From NCBI RefSeq assembly GCF_000175255.2, contig NC_017262.1, positions 780,001-812,000 on the forward strand: DNA of 32,000 nucleotides, given 5' to 3'. The stretch comes from Zymomonas mobilis subsp. mobilis ATCC 10988 (GTDB taxonomy: Bacteria; Pseudomonadota; Alphaproteobacteria; Sphingomonadales; Sphingomonadaceae). This document shows, one piece after another, positions 8,372-18,373 of the stretch (its first letter is position 1; each line of letters begins with the position of its first letter). The notes below the pieces were generated by a model. It saw nothing but the letters and a program-made list of their open reading frames with translations, did no database searches and was not told the origin of the DNA. A program made the translations under genes and the position numbers.

Positions 8372-10761
8372 TGCGCAAAATCGCTTTTTCATGTTGTTGG
8401 CTTACGCTTTCCTCTCTTCTTCCCGGCATTGCTTTAGGGGCAACGCCTAGCCTTGAAAAAGCGCAGACAGAGACAACAAAAGCAGACTCAGTCCCCGAAG
8501 TAACGAATAAAACAACAAATGGGAAAGAGGCCGATAAAGGGGCTGACCTTGTTGTTACCGCACGGCAGACCCATTCCGAGCAAAGCGTCAGCCATGTTGA
8601 AATACAGCGTCTTCTTCCCGGCTTAAATCCGGTAAAAGCCATTGCTATTTTACCAGGGGTTGTTTTCACCAATGCTGATCCATGGGGAAATAATGAACAG
8701 AATTCCTCCCTTTTTATTCATGGATTCAGCAAAAACCAACTTGGTTACACAATGGATGGAGTGCCGTTAGGTGACCAGGATTATGGCAATTACAATGGCT
8801 TATCACCCCAGCGGGCAATGATTAGTGAAAACACAAAATCTGCCTCACTTTCATCCGGTGCGGGCGCGCTTGGGACGGCCTCAACCAGCAATCTTGGCGG
8901 TACTTTAGAATTTCTAACCAGCGATCCCCTCTCACGGGCAGGCGGACAGATAAGCCAAACTTTTGGCAGTTATTCCACCTATCGAACCTTTGCGCGTATC
9001 GACACTGGCGAATTTGGAGACGGGAACAAAGCCTATGTGTCATGGGCAAGACAAGATGCCAAAGCATGGGATTTTAACGGGCATCAAGGGGGCAATCAGG
9101 TCAATGCCAAATTCATTCACCAAGATGATAGTAACAAGCTGACCCTCTATTTCGATTGGTCAAAAAAGATCGAACCCAATGAAGATGGCGTTGTTATGCC
9201 TAGTTCGATTTATGTCCGGCCATCCATGTATCCCGATTTTAATTATGCCCAAAATTATCTTTCAGCGAGTGGAGCAACGCCTGCTGCCGCTGGATTGAAT
9301 TATCGAAATTATTATTCTGATGCCCAACGCGAAGATTTCTTGGGCTATATAAAATTCACTCATGATTTCAGCGATAATGTTTCATGGGATAATCAATTCT
9401 ATTATCATCATAACGCTGGTGTCGGTGTCGTCGCAGGCCCCATTCAAGCCGCCGGACTTCCCGCCTTATTCGAAGCCTATTTCCCCGGACAAAATTTAAA
9501 ATCTGTTTTTGGTAATTCGGGTTATGCGACACGGACAACCGAATATCTCGATAATCGAGGCGGCTTAATGTCCACCTTGCATTATAAAACGGGTAAACAT
9601 TCTATCGAAGTCGGCGGTTGGTATGAACGTAATGACAATACCCAAGCCCGAAACTGGTATGCGCTCGATGTTAATTCTCCCTCAACCCCCTATCAAAGAC
9701 CGAAAAACCCGCTTATCCGACAATATAAAAACGCTTTTTATACAGACACTTTTGTAACCCATCTTCAGGATACATGGCGAATAACCCATAATCTGACCTT
9801 ACAGGCCGGTTTTAAATCTGAATTAGTCTATACCGATGGGAAATTACCGATTGCCGCCCTCCCCGGCTCTCTTTCTCCCAAAAACGCGATTACTGTTCCG
9901 GGTGGTAAAATTTCAGCGACCAAACCCTTCCTTCCAGCCTTTGGCGCGTTATGGAATGTCACGCCTCACGAACAGCTTTTTGCCAATATTCAAGAAAATA
10001 TGCGTAGTTTTGAAGCTGCAGGCTATGGCAATGCTACACCTTGGGGCGTTACCAGTCAGGAAGCCTTTGAAGACTTTAAAAAACACGGCAAGCCTGAAAC
10101 CTCATGGACCTATGAAACGGGTATCCGCACCAACCGAGAGGTTCATTTCGGGCCCCTCACCCATTTCAGTGGACAGCTTGAATATTACCATGTCCATTTT
10201 TCCAATCGGCTCTTGGCCGTTTCAACCACCCAAACCAATTCTTCGATCGTCGGCAGCGCAACCATCCTGACCAATGTCGGTTCAGTGACGACAGATGGTA
10301 TGGATTTGTCCTTCACGATGAAATTCGGGCCTCATTTCTCTGTCTATAATGCCCTTTCCTATAACCGTTCGGTCTATAACGATAACTACAATAACGGCAG
10401 TTCCGAAGTCATGACCGCAGGCAAACGCGTAGCCGGTGTTCCCGACTGGACAGAAAAATTCGTAGGCAGCTTTGAATGGGGTAATTTCTCGGCACAGATC
10501 ACCGGCGATATTATCGGCAAACGTCCGGCCACCTTTACCAATGATTTATCCGCCGGTTCCTATATGATTTACGGCCTCAATGCGGGCTATACTTTCCATA
10601 ATATTCCCCATGTCCGTGATTTACGTATCCAAGGCAATATTACTAACCTGACGAATGAAAAAGGCTGGTCAACCCTTGGAACCAATCAAGCCTCTGGCCA
10701 ATATACTGCATTCCCTATTGCGCCCCGTATGTTCTTCATCACGGTTCAGGCCGGTTTCTAA
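8371..10761 (+). CDS. TonB-dependent outer-membrane receptor
   Basis: 796 aa, GTG start, signal peptide (MRKIAFSCCWLTLSSLLPGIALG), plug domain (GVVFTNADPWGNNEQNSSLFIHGFSKNQLGYTMDGVPLG), beta-barrel C-terminus ending RMFFITVQAGF (terminal Phe). Confidence 0.95.
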   Translation: MRKIAFSCCWLTLSSLLPGIALGATPSLEKAQTETTKADSVPEVTNKTTNGKEADKGADLVVTARQTHSEQSVSHVEIQRLLPGLNPVKAIAILPGVVFTNADPWGNNEQNSSLFIHGFSKNQLGYTMDGVPLGDQDYGNYNGLSPQRAMISENTKSASLSSGAGALGTASTSNLGGTLEFLTSDPLSRAGGQISQTFGSYSTYRTFARIDTGEFGDGNKAYVSWARQDAKAWDFNGHQGGNQVNAKFIHQDDSNKLTLYFDWSKKIEPNEDGVVMPSSIYVRPSMYPDFNYAQNYLSASGATPAAAGLNYRNYYSDAQREDFLGYIKFTHDFSDNVSWDNQFYYHHNAGVGVVAGPIQAAGLPALFEAYFPGQNLKSVFGNSGYATRTTEYLDNRGGLMSTLHYKTGKHSIEVGGWYERNDNTQARNWYALDVNSPSTPYQRPKNPLIRQYKNAFYTDTFVTHLQDTWRITHNLTLQAGFKSELVYTDGKLPIAALPGSLSPKNAITVPGGKISATKPFLPAFGALWNVTPHEQLFANIQENMRSFEAAGYGNATPWGVTSQEAFEDFKKHGKPETSWTYETGIRTNREVHFGPLTHFSGQLEYYHVHFSNRLLAVSTTQTNSSIVGSATILTNVGSVTTDGMDLSFTMKFGPHFSVYNALSYNRSVYNDNYNNGSSEVMTAGKRVAGVPDWTEKFVGSFEWGNFSAQITGDIIGKRPATFTNDLSAGSYMIYGLNAGYTFHNIPHVRDLRIQGNITNLTNEKGWSTLGTNQASGQYTAFPIAPRMFFITVQAGF

Positions 10762-10778
10762 TTTTCGAGGCTTTTACT

Positions 10779-11906
10779 ATGACCCGCTTCAATCGCCGCC
10801 ATTTTCTACAAACTACAGGCGCTCTTCTTGGCAGCAGTAGCCTCTTAAAAGGAACAGACCTTTTTGCAGCTCCCAGCTTGGCTTTTCCGACCCGTCCTCT
10901 AATTTTTGCGCATCGCGGAGCCTCTGCCCTACGGCCAGAACATACATTAGCCGCCTATGGCAAAGCTATTATCGATGGTGCCGATTATATAGAACCGGAT
11001 CTGGTGCCAACTAAAGACGGTAAACTTATTGCCCGTCACGAAAGCAATATCACCGATACCACTGACGTCGCCCAGCATCCCGAATTTGCCAATCGGCGAC
11101 GAGTGATGACTATTGACGGCAAAGAACAGGAAGGCTGGTTTACAAGTGATTTCACACTTGCCGAAATCAAACAGCTTCGTGCCTGCGAACGGCTCTCCAA
11201 AATCAGACCGTTTAACAGTCGCTATAATGGCTGGTTTGAAATTCCCTCTTTAGAAGAAGTCATCGACTTTGTCGCTGCGACTTCGACCGCCTATGGAAAA
11301 AATATTGGCCTTATTCCTGAAATTAAGCATCCAACCCATTTCAGGAAAATAGGACTTCCCTCTGAAGATAAGCTGGTAGAAATACTCGATCACCACCCAT
11401 ACACTCGTCAGACAGCTGTCGAAATCCAGTCATTTGAACCAACAGCCCTCCGTTATCTCCATCAAAAGATAGGGCAAAATCATCCCAACTGGAAACTCAT
11501 GTTTTTACTTGGCGATCCTGACGTGCCACCAGCCGATATTCTGGCATCGGGTGGCAAAACAACCTATAGAAATCTGATAACTAAAGAGGGTTTGCGGGAC
11601 ATACGCCGCTATGCTGATGCCATTGGGCCCGCTAATGAATATCTCATTCCAAAAGACAATACGGGGCAATGGCTACAACCGACCAGCCTTATACAAGACG
11701 CGCATGAAGCCGGACTGTTAGTGCATAGCTATACTTGTCGACCGGAAAATATCTTTTTGCCTCGGCAATTACGCAATCAAGAAGGCGACAGCAGCCGTAA
11801 CATCCAAGGCTCAATTGCTGAAATCAGACGCTATTTAAGCATGGGGTTAGATGGTTTTTTCACGGATGACCCCGCTATCGGTCGTCTAGCCATTACAGAA
11901 CTGTAA
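10779..11906 (+). CDS. glpQ: Glycerophosphodiester phosphodiesterase, GlpQ type, Tat-like signal
   Basis: RRHFLQTTGALLGSSSLL signal, then LIFAHRGASALRPEHTLAAYGKAIIDGADYIEPDLVPTKDGKLIARHE and MGLDGFFTDDPAIG, matching the GDPD/GlpQ active-site layout. Starts 17 bp after the receptor stop. Confidence 0.94.
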   Translation: MTRFNRRHFLQTTGALLGSSSLLKGTDLFAAPSLAFPTRPLIFAHRGASALRPEHTLAAYGKAIIDGADYIEPDLVPTKDGKLIARHESNITDTTDVAQHPEFANRRRVMTIDGKEQEGWFTSDFTLAEIKQLRACERLSKIRPFNSRYNGWFEIPSLEEVIDFVAATSTAYGKNIGLIPEIKHPTHFRKIGLPSEDKLVEILDHHPYTRQTAVEIQSFEPTALRYLHQKIGQNHPNWKLMFLLGDPDVPPADILASGGKTTYRNLITKEGLRDIRRYADAIGPANEYLIPKDNTGQWLQPTSLIQDAHEAGLLVHSYTCRPENIFLPRQLRNQEGDSSRNIQGSIAEIRRYLSMGLDGFFTDDPAIGRLAITEL

Positions 11907-12013
11907 CGCCATTTTACGGACAACATTTATTGCCGATAAGGCGAATCCATTGGTGACCTAAATCCCAAGACAAAAAAACAAATTTCTATCGTCAAAACCC
12001 GCCGACACAAAAA

Positions 12014-12046
12014 AAGAAGGCCACCTTTATCCAAGGTGGCCTTCTT
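12014..12046. terminator. Bidirectional terminator between glpQ and pal
   Basis: Perfect stem AAGAAGGCCACCTT/AAGGTGGCCTTCTT with 5-nt loop TATCC. A-rich run on the left side gives a minus-strand T-tract. Convergent genes flank it. Confidence 0.9.
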
Positions 12047-12083
12047 CTTACTTACGCATCAATTTTTAAGGCAAAGTAACCGA

Positions 12084-12614
12084 TCAATTCGGCGTAACCG
12101 TCACAGCACGACGATTCTGTGCCCAAGATTCTTCATCCGATCCCATCGCCAATGGCCGCTCTTTACCATAGCTGATGACATTGATTGAATTAGCAACACC
12201 GGCTTTGGCCAAATAGTCACGAACGGCATCAGCGCGTTTTTCACCCAAGGCGATATTATATTCACGGGTGCCGCGTTCGTCACAGTGACCTTCAATCGTG
12301 ACGCGGGTGCTGGGGTATTTTTTGAACCACTGGATTTCGCGATCCAAAATAGCCTTGGCTTCACTGTCAAGATCATGGCTATTCAAAGCAAAATGCACCA
12401 TGTCGGTGCCGACCTGACGCAAGAAATCAGCGTGAGAGCCGGGAACCACAGTATCGCGAACCGCACCGACATCAGCATTACCGTTTGAAGTCGGGGCTGG
12501 TGCTTTGGTTGTCGGTGCCGGTGGCAAACTTGCCGTTTTAGGCTGGTGATCGGAGCAGGCAGTCAGGGCTACGAGACCAGCAAACAGACTTATTGTTAAT
12601 TTACTTTTAGTCAT
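12084..12614 (-). CDS. pal: Peptidoglycan-associated lipoprotein Pal
   Basis: Start MTKSKLTISLFAGLVALTACSDH (lipobox LTAC), OmpA-like VTIEGHCDERGTREYNIALGEKRADAVRDYL. The ORF track starts further upstream (12662); the lipoprotein start at 12614 is preferred. Confidence 0.96.
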   Translation of the reverse strand: MTKSKLTISLFAGLVALTACSDHQPKTASLPPAPTTKAPAPTSNGNADVGAVRDTVVPGSHADFLRQVGTDMVHFALNSHDLDSEAKAILDREIQWFKKYPSTRVTIEGHCDERGTREYNIALGEKRADAVRDYLAKAGVANSINVISYGKERPLAMGSDEESWAQNRRAVTVTPN

Positions 12615-12740
12615 TATTAACCTCATCGGCAAAAAATGTCTGCCATCCTGTGAAAAAAGCAATAATATCGAAAGTAATAATCACCGAATCACTTGAACAA
12701 CTCGGATATTATCTTACAATTTATCGAAATAATAAAGAAA

Positions 12741-14117
12741 TTACGGCAATAACGGCCCCCAAGATGGATCAGAACCATCTAAAGGCGTTGGAATATGCCG
12801 TTCATTAACCCCCGTCAGATCAACCGACCATAACTCCGTATGACCAGAATTACGGGCTGTTCTAAAGAAGGCAATGACTCGTCCATTCGGCGACCAGCTA
12901 GGCCCTTCATCCTGCCAACCATTGGTCAGAATTTGTTCACCCGAACCATCCGTTTTCATCACACCGACATGAAATCCGCCGCCCAATTTTGTAAAGGCGA
13001 TCAGATCACCGCGCGGACTCCAAACTGGGGTTGCGTAACGTCCACTACCAAAACTAATGCGGTTCTGATTGGATCCATCAGCATTCATAATATAAATCTG
13101 CTGACTACCTGACCGATCACTTTCAAAGACGATTTTAGAGCCATCGGGTGAGAAACTCGGTGCCGTGTCGATACCGGGCGAAGTGGTCAGACGGGTTGCC
13201 TGCCCACCGGAAACCGGAACCTTGTAAATATCGGTATTGCCCGCAACAGACATAGAGAAAACAATCGTTTTCCCATCTGGCGAAAAACGCGGGGCAAAGG
13301 TCGTATTCGGCTTATTCACCACCAAACGCACATGGCCAGAACCTAAAGTATAGACATAAATGCGCGGAGAATTACCAACATAAGAAAGATAAGTAACAGT
13401 CTGCTGGTTCGGCGCAAAACGCGGGGTCAGAACCATCGACTGGCCATTCGTCAAGAAACGGTGATTGGCACCATCCTGATCCATGATCGCCAGACGCTTC
13501 AGGCGATGATTTTTTGGGCCCGTTTCAGAAATATAAACGATGCGGCTGTCAAAATAGGGGCCTTCACCTGTCAAACGGGTATAAACTGCATCAGCACATT
13601 TATGTGCGGCTCGCCGCCAGTCGGCTGGTTTCACGACAAAGCCCTTATGCAACATTTCCTGCGAAGCGAAAACGTCATATAAATAACAGCCTACCGTCAG
13701 AGTGCCATCGCCATTGGCCTGAACGAAACCCTGAACCAAGGCCTGCGCGCCACTCGATAACCAATAGCTATATTGCGGAGCGGTTACTTCAGGAAAAGAT
13801 ACATTATGCAAGGAGGCTTGCTGCGATGGCGTAAAAAGGCCACTGGATTTCAGGTCATTGGAAATAACCGAAGCGACCTGCCGACCTAATACCGCCGTCG
13901 TTCCCGCCAAGGTTTCAACCGAACTCGGAGTCGGCATTACCGGCACCGCAATCGGCATAGGCTGGGAAATACCGCCCGTAATATCGACTCGCAAGATGCG
14001 GCGATTATCGCCCTGATTGGCTGCTTGACCACTAGCCGCAGGATTTTGCGCGAACAAAGCCGTGCTGCTTACCGCCATCAAAGCCGTTAAGGCCCATTTT
14101 CTGATTACGCTGCTCAT
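12741..14117 (-). CDS. tolB: Tol-Pal system beta-propeller protein TolB
   Basis: 458 aa with signal peptide and repeated FSPDGKTIVFSMSVAGNTDIY / FSPDGSKIVFESDRSGSQQIY / WSPRGDLIAFTK blades, between tolA and pal. Confidence 0.97.
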   Translation of the reverse strand: MSSVIRKWALTALMAVSSTALFAQNPAASGQAANQGDNRRILRVDITGGISQPMPIAVPVMPTPSSVETLAGTTAVLGRQVASVISNDLKSSGLFTPSQQASLHNVSFPEVTAPQYSYWLSSGAQALVQGFVQANGDGTLTVGCYLYDVFASQEMLHKGFVVKPADWRRAAHKCADAVYTRLTGEGPYFDSRIVYISETGPKNHRLKRLAIMDQDGANHRFLTNGQSMVLTPRFAPNQQTVTYLSYVGNSPRIYVYTLGSGHVRLVVNKPNTTFAPRFSPDGKTIVFSMSVAGNTDIYKVPVSGGQATRLTTSPGIDTAPSFSPDGSKIVFESDRSGSQQIYIMNADGSNQNRISFGSGRYATPVWSPRGDLIAFTKLGGGFHVGVMKTDGSGEQILTNGWQDEGPSWSPNGRVIAFFRTARNSGHTELWSVDLTGVNERHIPTPLDGSDPSWGPLLP

Positions 14118-14170
14118 TCAACAATCCTTCATTTCGAAGCCCATCACAGGCGACGTTATTTCTTATAATC

Positions 14171-15253
14171 TCAATGCATCTGCGCCGGAATGAAGCCAAT
14201 ATCAATTTCATCCCACCCACCTTTATACAGTTCGGCAGGCAGATGCAGCGGAGCACAACGCAAAACAGCACGACGGCTTATTTCAGCCATTTGACGGGCA
14301 TAAGAACGATTGTCCGAGGTCAATCCGGTTTGCTCGATCATTTCAGGCACACCATTTACCGAACCATCAGGGTTAAAACGCAACCGCAAAACGGTAATAA
14401 TCCGCATTGCATCCGTGCCGCCTAATGCCCCAAGATCATAGCAAGGTTGAACCTGACGTTTGATCGCGGCACCCAAACCATTCAAGGCAGGGCCCGAGAT
14501 TGAAGACCCTTGCGGTTTCGAAGAAGTCCCCGTCCCCCCAAGAATACCCTTCAAAAAATCATTACCCAAACGGGAACCACTATTACGACTATTGTCGCTT
14601 TTACTTTTCCCGCTATCGGATGCGTTACTCTTTTCTTTTCCTTTATTACTCCCAGTGTTGCTGCCTGCCTTATGATCAGAAACATTAACCTGAGATTTAG
14701 AAAAAGACTCCATCAAATTCTTGACGTCATTATGCGGCTTGCTTGGCGTTTTACTTTCCGCTTTTGGTTGTGTTTTTTCAGCTGCCGTTACTTTTGCTTT
14801 TTGAGCTGGGGCTACTGCCGCTTCTCTAGGCTGGGGTTCTGGCTTTGCCACAGGCACAGGCTTCGGCGTTTCAACCGGCTTGGCTTTGGGTTGCGGTTCC
14901 GGCTTCGCCACAGGCTTGTTTTCTACCTTTGCTTCGGCTTTCGCCGAATTCTGGGTTTGAGCCTTAGGCTGGCTATCCGCTTCCTTTGGAGTCTCTTTTT
15001 TCGGCGCGGGGGCAGCCTCTTTTTCTTCCCCTATCTTCGGCGCAGTCGTCGCCCTTGCCGCTTCAGAAGAGGCTTCAGGGGAAGAAGAATGGATCCCGAC
15101 TCCATGGGCAAAGGTCACTTCTATCGTATCAACGGGCTGACTTTGTCGCTTATCTTGCAAGGAAAAACGGATCAAAAAAAACAGCAGAAGCAGAACATGA
15201 CCGGCCACCGCGATAAAAAAGCCGCGCCTCATCGCTGATCGGGAGGTCATCAC
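14171..15253 (-). CDS. tolA: TolA-like energy-transducing protein
   Basis: N-terminal single TM (GFFIAVAGHVLLLLFFLIRF), long Ala/Lys/Pro/Glu-rich central segment, conserved TolA/TonB-like C-terminus. Synteny tolQ-tolR-X-tolB-pal. Confidence 0.9.
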   Translation of the reverse strand: MMTSRSAMRRGFFIAVAGHVLLLLFFLIRFSLQDKRQSQPVDTIEVTFAHGVGIHSSSPEASSEAARATTAPKIGEEKEAAPAPKKETPKEADSQPKAQTQNSAKAEAKVENKPVAKPEPQPKAKPVETPKPVPVAKPEPQPREAAVAPAQKAKVTAAEKTQPKAESKTPSKPHNDVKNLMESFSKSQVNVSDHKAGSNTGSNKGKEKSNASDSGKSKSDNSRNSGSRLGNDFLKGILGGTGTSSKPQGSSISGPALNGLGAAIKRQVQPCYDLGALGGTDAMRIITVLRLRFNPDGSVNGVPEMIEQTGLTSDNRSYARQMAEISRRAVLRCAPLHLPAELYKGGWDEIDIGFIPAQMH

Positions 15254-15259
15254 AATGAC

Positions 15260-15787
15260 TTACCTTCCTTCATCATTCGGGGATTCTTTGCTTGTCGCAG
15301 AATGTCCCGAAGAACCGGTTGTTACCAAAGCCACTTTTTTCAAACCGGCATGATCCAATTCGCCCATTACCTGCATCACTCGACCATAATTTAAAACCCG
15401 ATCGGCTTTCAGATAAATCGGCTGCTCACTAACCACGGCAGGGGCATCAGGATCACCCTCACCCGATACCTGCTCATGCTTTGCCAAATTCGCTTCATGG
15501 ATAGCCTGCAAACGGGCAGGCAATTCAGCCATATCAACAACATCGTCATCAATATGAATACTGCCATCCGCTTCAATAGTAATGGTGACCGGCTTTTCCT
15601 TGGATTCCAAAGCCTTGGCACGGCTATCCGGCAAATTGACGGCCACCCCTGTCACCATCAAAGGCGCTGTCACCATAAAGATAATCAACAGAACCAACAT
15701 CACATCAACCAAAGGTGTGACGTTGATTTCTGCCATTAAAGGCCGTCTTTTGGCACCGCGCCTTTTTCTTGCCGAAACTGCGCTCAT
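15260..15787 (-). CDS. tolR: Tol-Pal system protein TolR (ExbD family)
   Basis: PLMAEINVTPLVDVMLVLLIIFMVTAPLM, the conserved ExbD/TolR TM segment. Confidence 0.97.
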   Translation of the reverse strand: MSAVSARKRRGAKRRPLMAEINVTPLVDVMLVLLIIFMVTAPLMVTGVAVNLPDSRAKALESKEKPVTITIEADGSIHIDDDVVDMAELPARLQAIHEANLAKHEQVSGEGDPDAPAVVSEQPIYLKADRVLNYGRVMQVMGELDHAGLKKVALVTTGSSGHSATSKESPNDEGR

Positions 15788-16497
15788 CAGTGGCGAGCGT
15801 CCATGGCGCGGCTTAAGGTGATATAGATGCGGTCAGAAAAACGGGTCAGGCGCGATTCAAAACGCCCAATGGTATGCGACATCCGGTTATAGGCAATGCT
15901 CGCCGGAATAGCTGCGAACAGCCCCAATGCCGTCGAGAAAAGCGCTTCAGCAATACCGGGGCCCACAATCGCCATGGCGGTATTTCCGCCTGCGGCAATC
16001 TGGCTAAAACTATGCATAATGCCCCAAACCGTCCCGAACAAACCCACAAAGGGAGAGACAGATCCAATCGTTGCCAGACTACTCAACGGGGAAGACATAT
16101 CCTCAACCGCTGCTGCAACAGCATCCTCAAGGGATAAAGAAAGGCGATCACGCTCGCCTTCATGGTCAATGACTTTTCCAGCCGATTTGGCGGTCTGCAT
16201 CCCAGCCAGAAAGATACGGGCAGAAGGATCATTGCTACCGAAATAGCGATCATAAAAGCGCTCCAGCTCCCCCATTGATTCGGCTTTGCTATAGGCTTTT
16301 TCAAAATTACGGCTTGCCCGATTAGCAGCAGAGGAACGGAAAAACTGCCCGAAAATAAGCGCCCAACTGCCTATACTGGCGCAAAGCAACAATATCATGA
16401 CCAAACGGCCAACCATATCGGCATGAAGAAATAACGTCACCGGCGATAGAACAGAACTCGCCAAATCGGCATTGCCGGACATTTCCAAAGAAGGCAT
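15787..16497 (-). CDS. tolQ: Tol-Pal system protein TolQ (ExbB/MotA family)
   Basis: LATIGSVSPFVGLFGTVWGIMHSFSQIA...VGPGIAEALFSTALGLFAAIPASIAYNRM, a TolQ/ExbB signature. The stop TGA overlaps the tolR ATG by 1 nt (TGATG). Confidence 0.97.
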   Translation of the reverse strand: MPSLEMSGNADLASSVLSPVTLFLHADMVGRLVMILLLCASIGSWALIFGQFFRSSAANRASRNFEKAYSKAESMGELERFYDRYFGSNDPSARIFLAGMQTAKSAGKVIDHEGERDRLSLSLEDAVAAAVEDMSSPLSSLATIGSVSPFVGLFGTVWGIMHSFSQIAAGGNTAMAIVGPGIAEALFSTALGLFAAIPASIAYNRMSHTIGRFESRLTRFSDRIYITLSRAMDARH

Positions 16498-16504
16498 CTT
16501 TTAA

Positions 16505-17008
16505 TTACTTCCTTTCAACCCGATCCAATGCGGGAGAGCACAGCGCTTCAAATAAAGACCGCCAATCTGTCGGTATTCGACAAGGCCGCCCATCGACAGA
16601 TAAAAAGGCAACTTCGCTTTCTATTTCTGTTAAAAGCTCTGCACCCCGAAAAATTTTTTGCTGTAGCTGAAGTGTTGCCGCCCGCAAGCGGATAATTTCA
16701 GTTTGTATATCCAATCGGTCATCCAGCCATGCAGGCTGACAGTAACGGATTTTCTGTTGGTGAATGACAAACATGCCAATACCGTCCTGATAGGCTTGAC
16801 GCTGATTGACACCCAAAATCTTCACCAGATCGGAACGCGCCCGCTCGGTAAAACGTAAATAATTGGCGTGATAGACTCGCCCCGAAAGGTCAGTGTCTTC
16901 ATAATAGATATTGACGGGAAAATGATGGACGCGCCCCTTCAAAAGGCCATCTGCAACCGGATGAACAGGCGTATCTTCCGATATTGTCTTTTCCTCTGTC
17001 ACCATCAC
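16505..17008 (-). CDS. ybgC: Tol-Pal-associated acyl-CoA thioesterase YbgC
   Basis: YYEDTDLSGRVYHANYLRFTERARSD hot-dog thioesterase motif, next to tolQ. Confidence 0.94.
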   Translation of the reverse strand: MMVTEEKTISEDTPVHPVADGLLKGRVHHFPVNIYYEDTDLSGRVYHANYLRFTERARSDLVKILGVNQRQAYQDGIGMFVIHQQKIRYCQPAWLDDRLDIQTEIIRLRAATLQLQQKIFRGAELLTEIESEVAFLSVDGRPCRIPTDWRSLFEALCSPALDRVERK

Positions 17009-17184
17009 AGCCGCCTTTTTGAACAGACCAAGCTCAAGAATTTCTTCAGCTATCTAACGAAAAAATCAAAATACGCTCTAAGCCGTCATTATAATATAAA
17101 TATCTATTCTTTTTTAATCCGTTTAATGAATGGCCTCTTGTAAAAGAAAAGTAACCTTAACCAGCGATGAAATCTTATATATCT

Positions 17185-18228
17185 TTATAATAATCCGGGC
17201 TGATTTTTTATTTCAGAATGCTTTCCTTCTGCTTCTCTAGGGTCAGTTAAGCCCAAATGTCGCCAAGCCAGACCATTTAACTGACGACCGCGCGCCGTGC
17301 GCGCCACCAATCCTAACTGGATCAAATAAGGTTCGATTACCTCTTCAACTGTATCCCGAGGCTCGGATAGACCAGCGGCCAAGGTATCCAGTCCAACAGG
17401 CCCGCCTTTATAAATATCGGCAATCATCATCAGATAACGGCGATCCATCAGATCAAGCCCCAATTTATCAACTTCCAGACGATTCAAGGCCTCATCTGCA
17501 ATAAAGCGGTCAACTATTTTAGAGCCAGCAACATCGGCAAAATCACGCACACGACGCAGCAAACGTCCGGCGATACGAGGTGTTCCACGCGATCTTTTGG
17601 CAATTTCCTCGGCACCTTCCGGCGCGATTTCCATACCCAACAAACGGGCAGCGCGCGTAATGACCTGCCGCAATTCTTCAATGCTATAGAATTGCAAACG
17701 CACCGGAATCCCGAAACGATCACGCAAAGGCGTGCTTAACAAACCTTGACGGGTCGTTGCCCCTACAAGGGTAAAATGAGGTAAATCAATTCGGACAGAA
17801 CGAGCAGAAGGCCCCTCACCTATCATCAAATCCAAAGCGCGATCTTCCATCGCGGGATAAAGAACTTCTTCGACGACCGGCTGAAGACGATGGATTTCGT
17901 CAATGAACAACACATCGCCATCTTCAAGATTGGTCAAAAGCGCGGCCAAATCGCCGGATTTCACAATAACTGGGCCCGAAGTCGCTCGAAAGCCAACGCC
18001 CATTTCGCGGGCAATAATCTGGGCTAAGGTTGTTTTCCCCAATCCTGGCGGGCCAAAGAAAAGCACATGATCGAGCGATTCCTGCCGTTTTTTTGCCGCC
18101 TCGATAAAGACGCGGATATTTTCTCTTGCCGCCTGTTGCCCGATAAATTCATCCAGCGAGCGAGGGCGCAAGGCCTGATCGGGGTCAGCATTTTCGGCTT
18201 CGGGATTTAATAAGCTATTGCGCGTCAT
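17185..18228 (-). CDS. ruvB: Holliday junction ATP-dependent helicase RuvB
   Basis: [54 protein letters not shown] and [26 protein letters not shown]. Confidence 0.99.
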   Translation of the reverse strand: MTRNSLLNPEAENADPDQALRPRSLDEFIGQQAARENIRVFIEAAKKRQESLDHVLFFGPPGLGKTTLAQIIAREMGVGFRATSGPVIVKSGDLAALLTNLEDGDVLFIDEIHRLQPVVEEVLYPAMEDRALDLMIGEGPSARSVRIDLPHFTLVGATTRQGLLSTPLRDRFGIPVRLQFYSIEELRQVITRAARLLGMEIAPEGAEEIAKRSRGTPRIAGRLLRRVRDFADVAGSKIVDRFIADEALNRLEVDKLGLDLMDRRYLMMIADIYKGGPVGLDTLAAGLSEPRDTVEEVIEPYLIQLGLVARTARGRQLNGLAWRHLGLTDPREAEGKHSEIKNQPGLL

Positions 18229-18373
18229 AAAAAGAAAAAGACCATGAAAAGGAGAGAAAATAAAGTTCTTTTAAAAGCTGCCTCGTTTTTTCGCGACAGG
18301 AATCACAAGGCAGTTGATTGCAGATAGATCAGAAAAATGCTTATCCTTCATAAGGCGATCAGGAGATTACGCA

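Noticed and set aside
8331-8672. 113-aa minus-strand ORF antisense to the start of the TonB receptor
   Set aside because: It overlaps the receptor signal peptide and plug region, with no domain features.
14750-15060. Repetitive low-complexity DNA inside tolA
   Set aside because: This is the expected Lys/Pro/Ala/Glu linker of TolA, not a separate repeat element.
14510-15238. 242-aa plus-strand ORF rich in Arg/Phe/Leu, antisense to tolA
   Set aside because: Its composition is the complement of the Ala/Lys/Pro-rich TolA repeat region, with no family resemblance. It is a shadow ORF.
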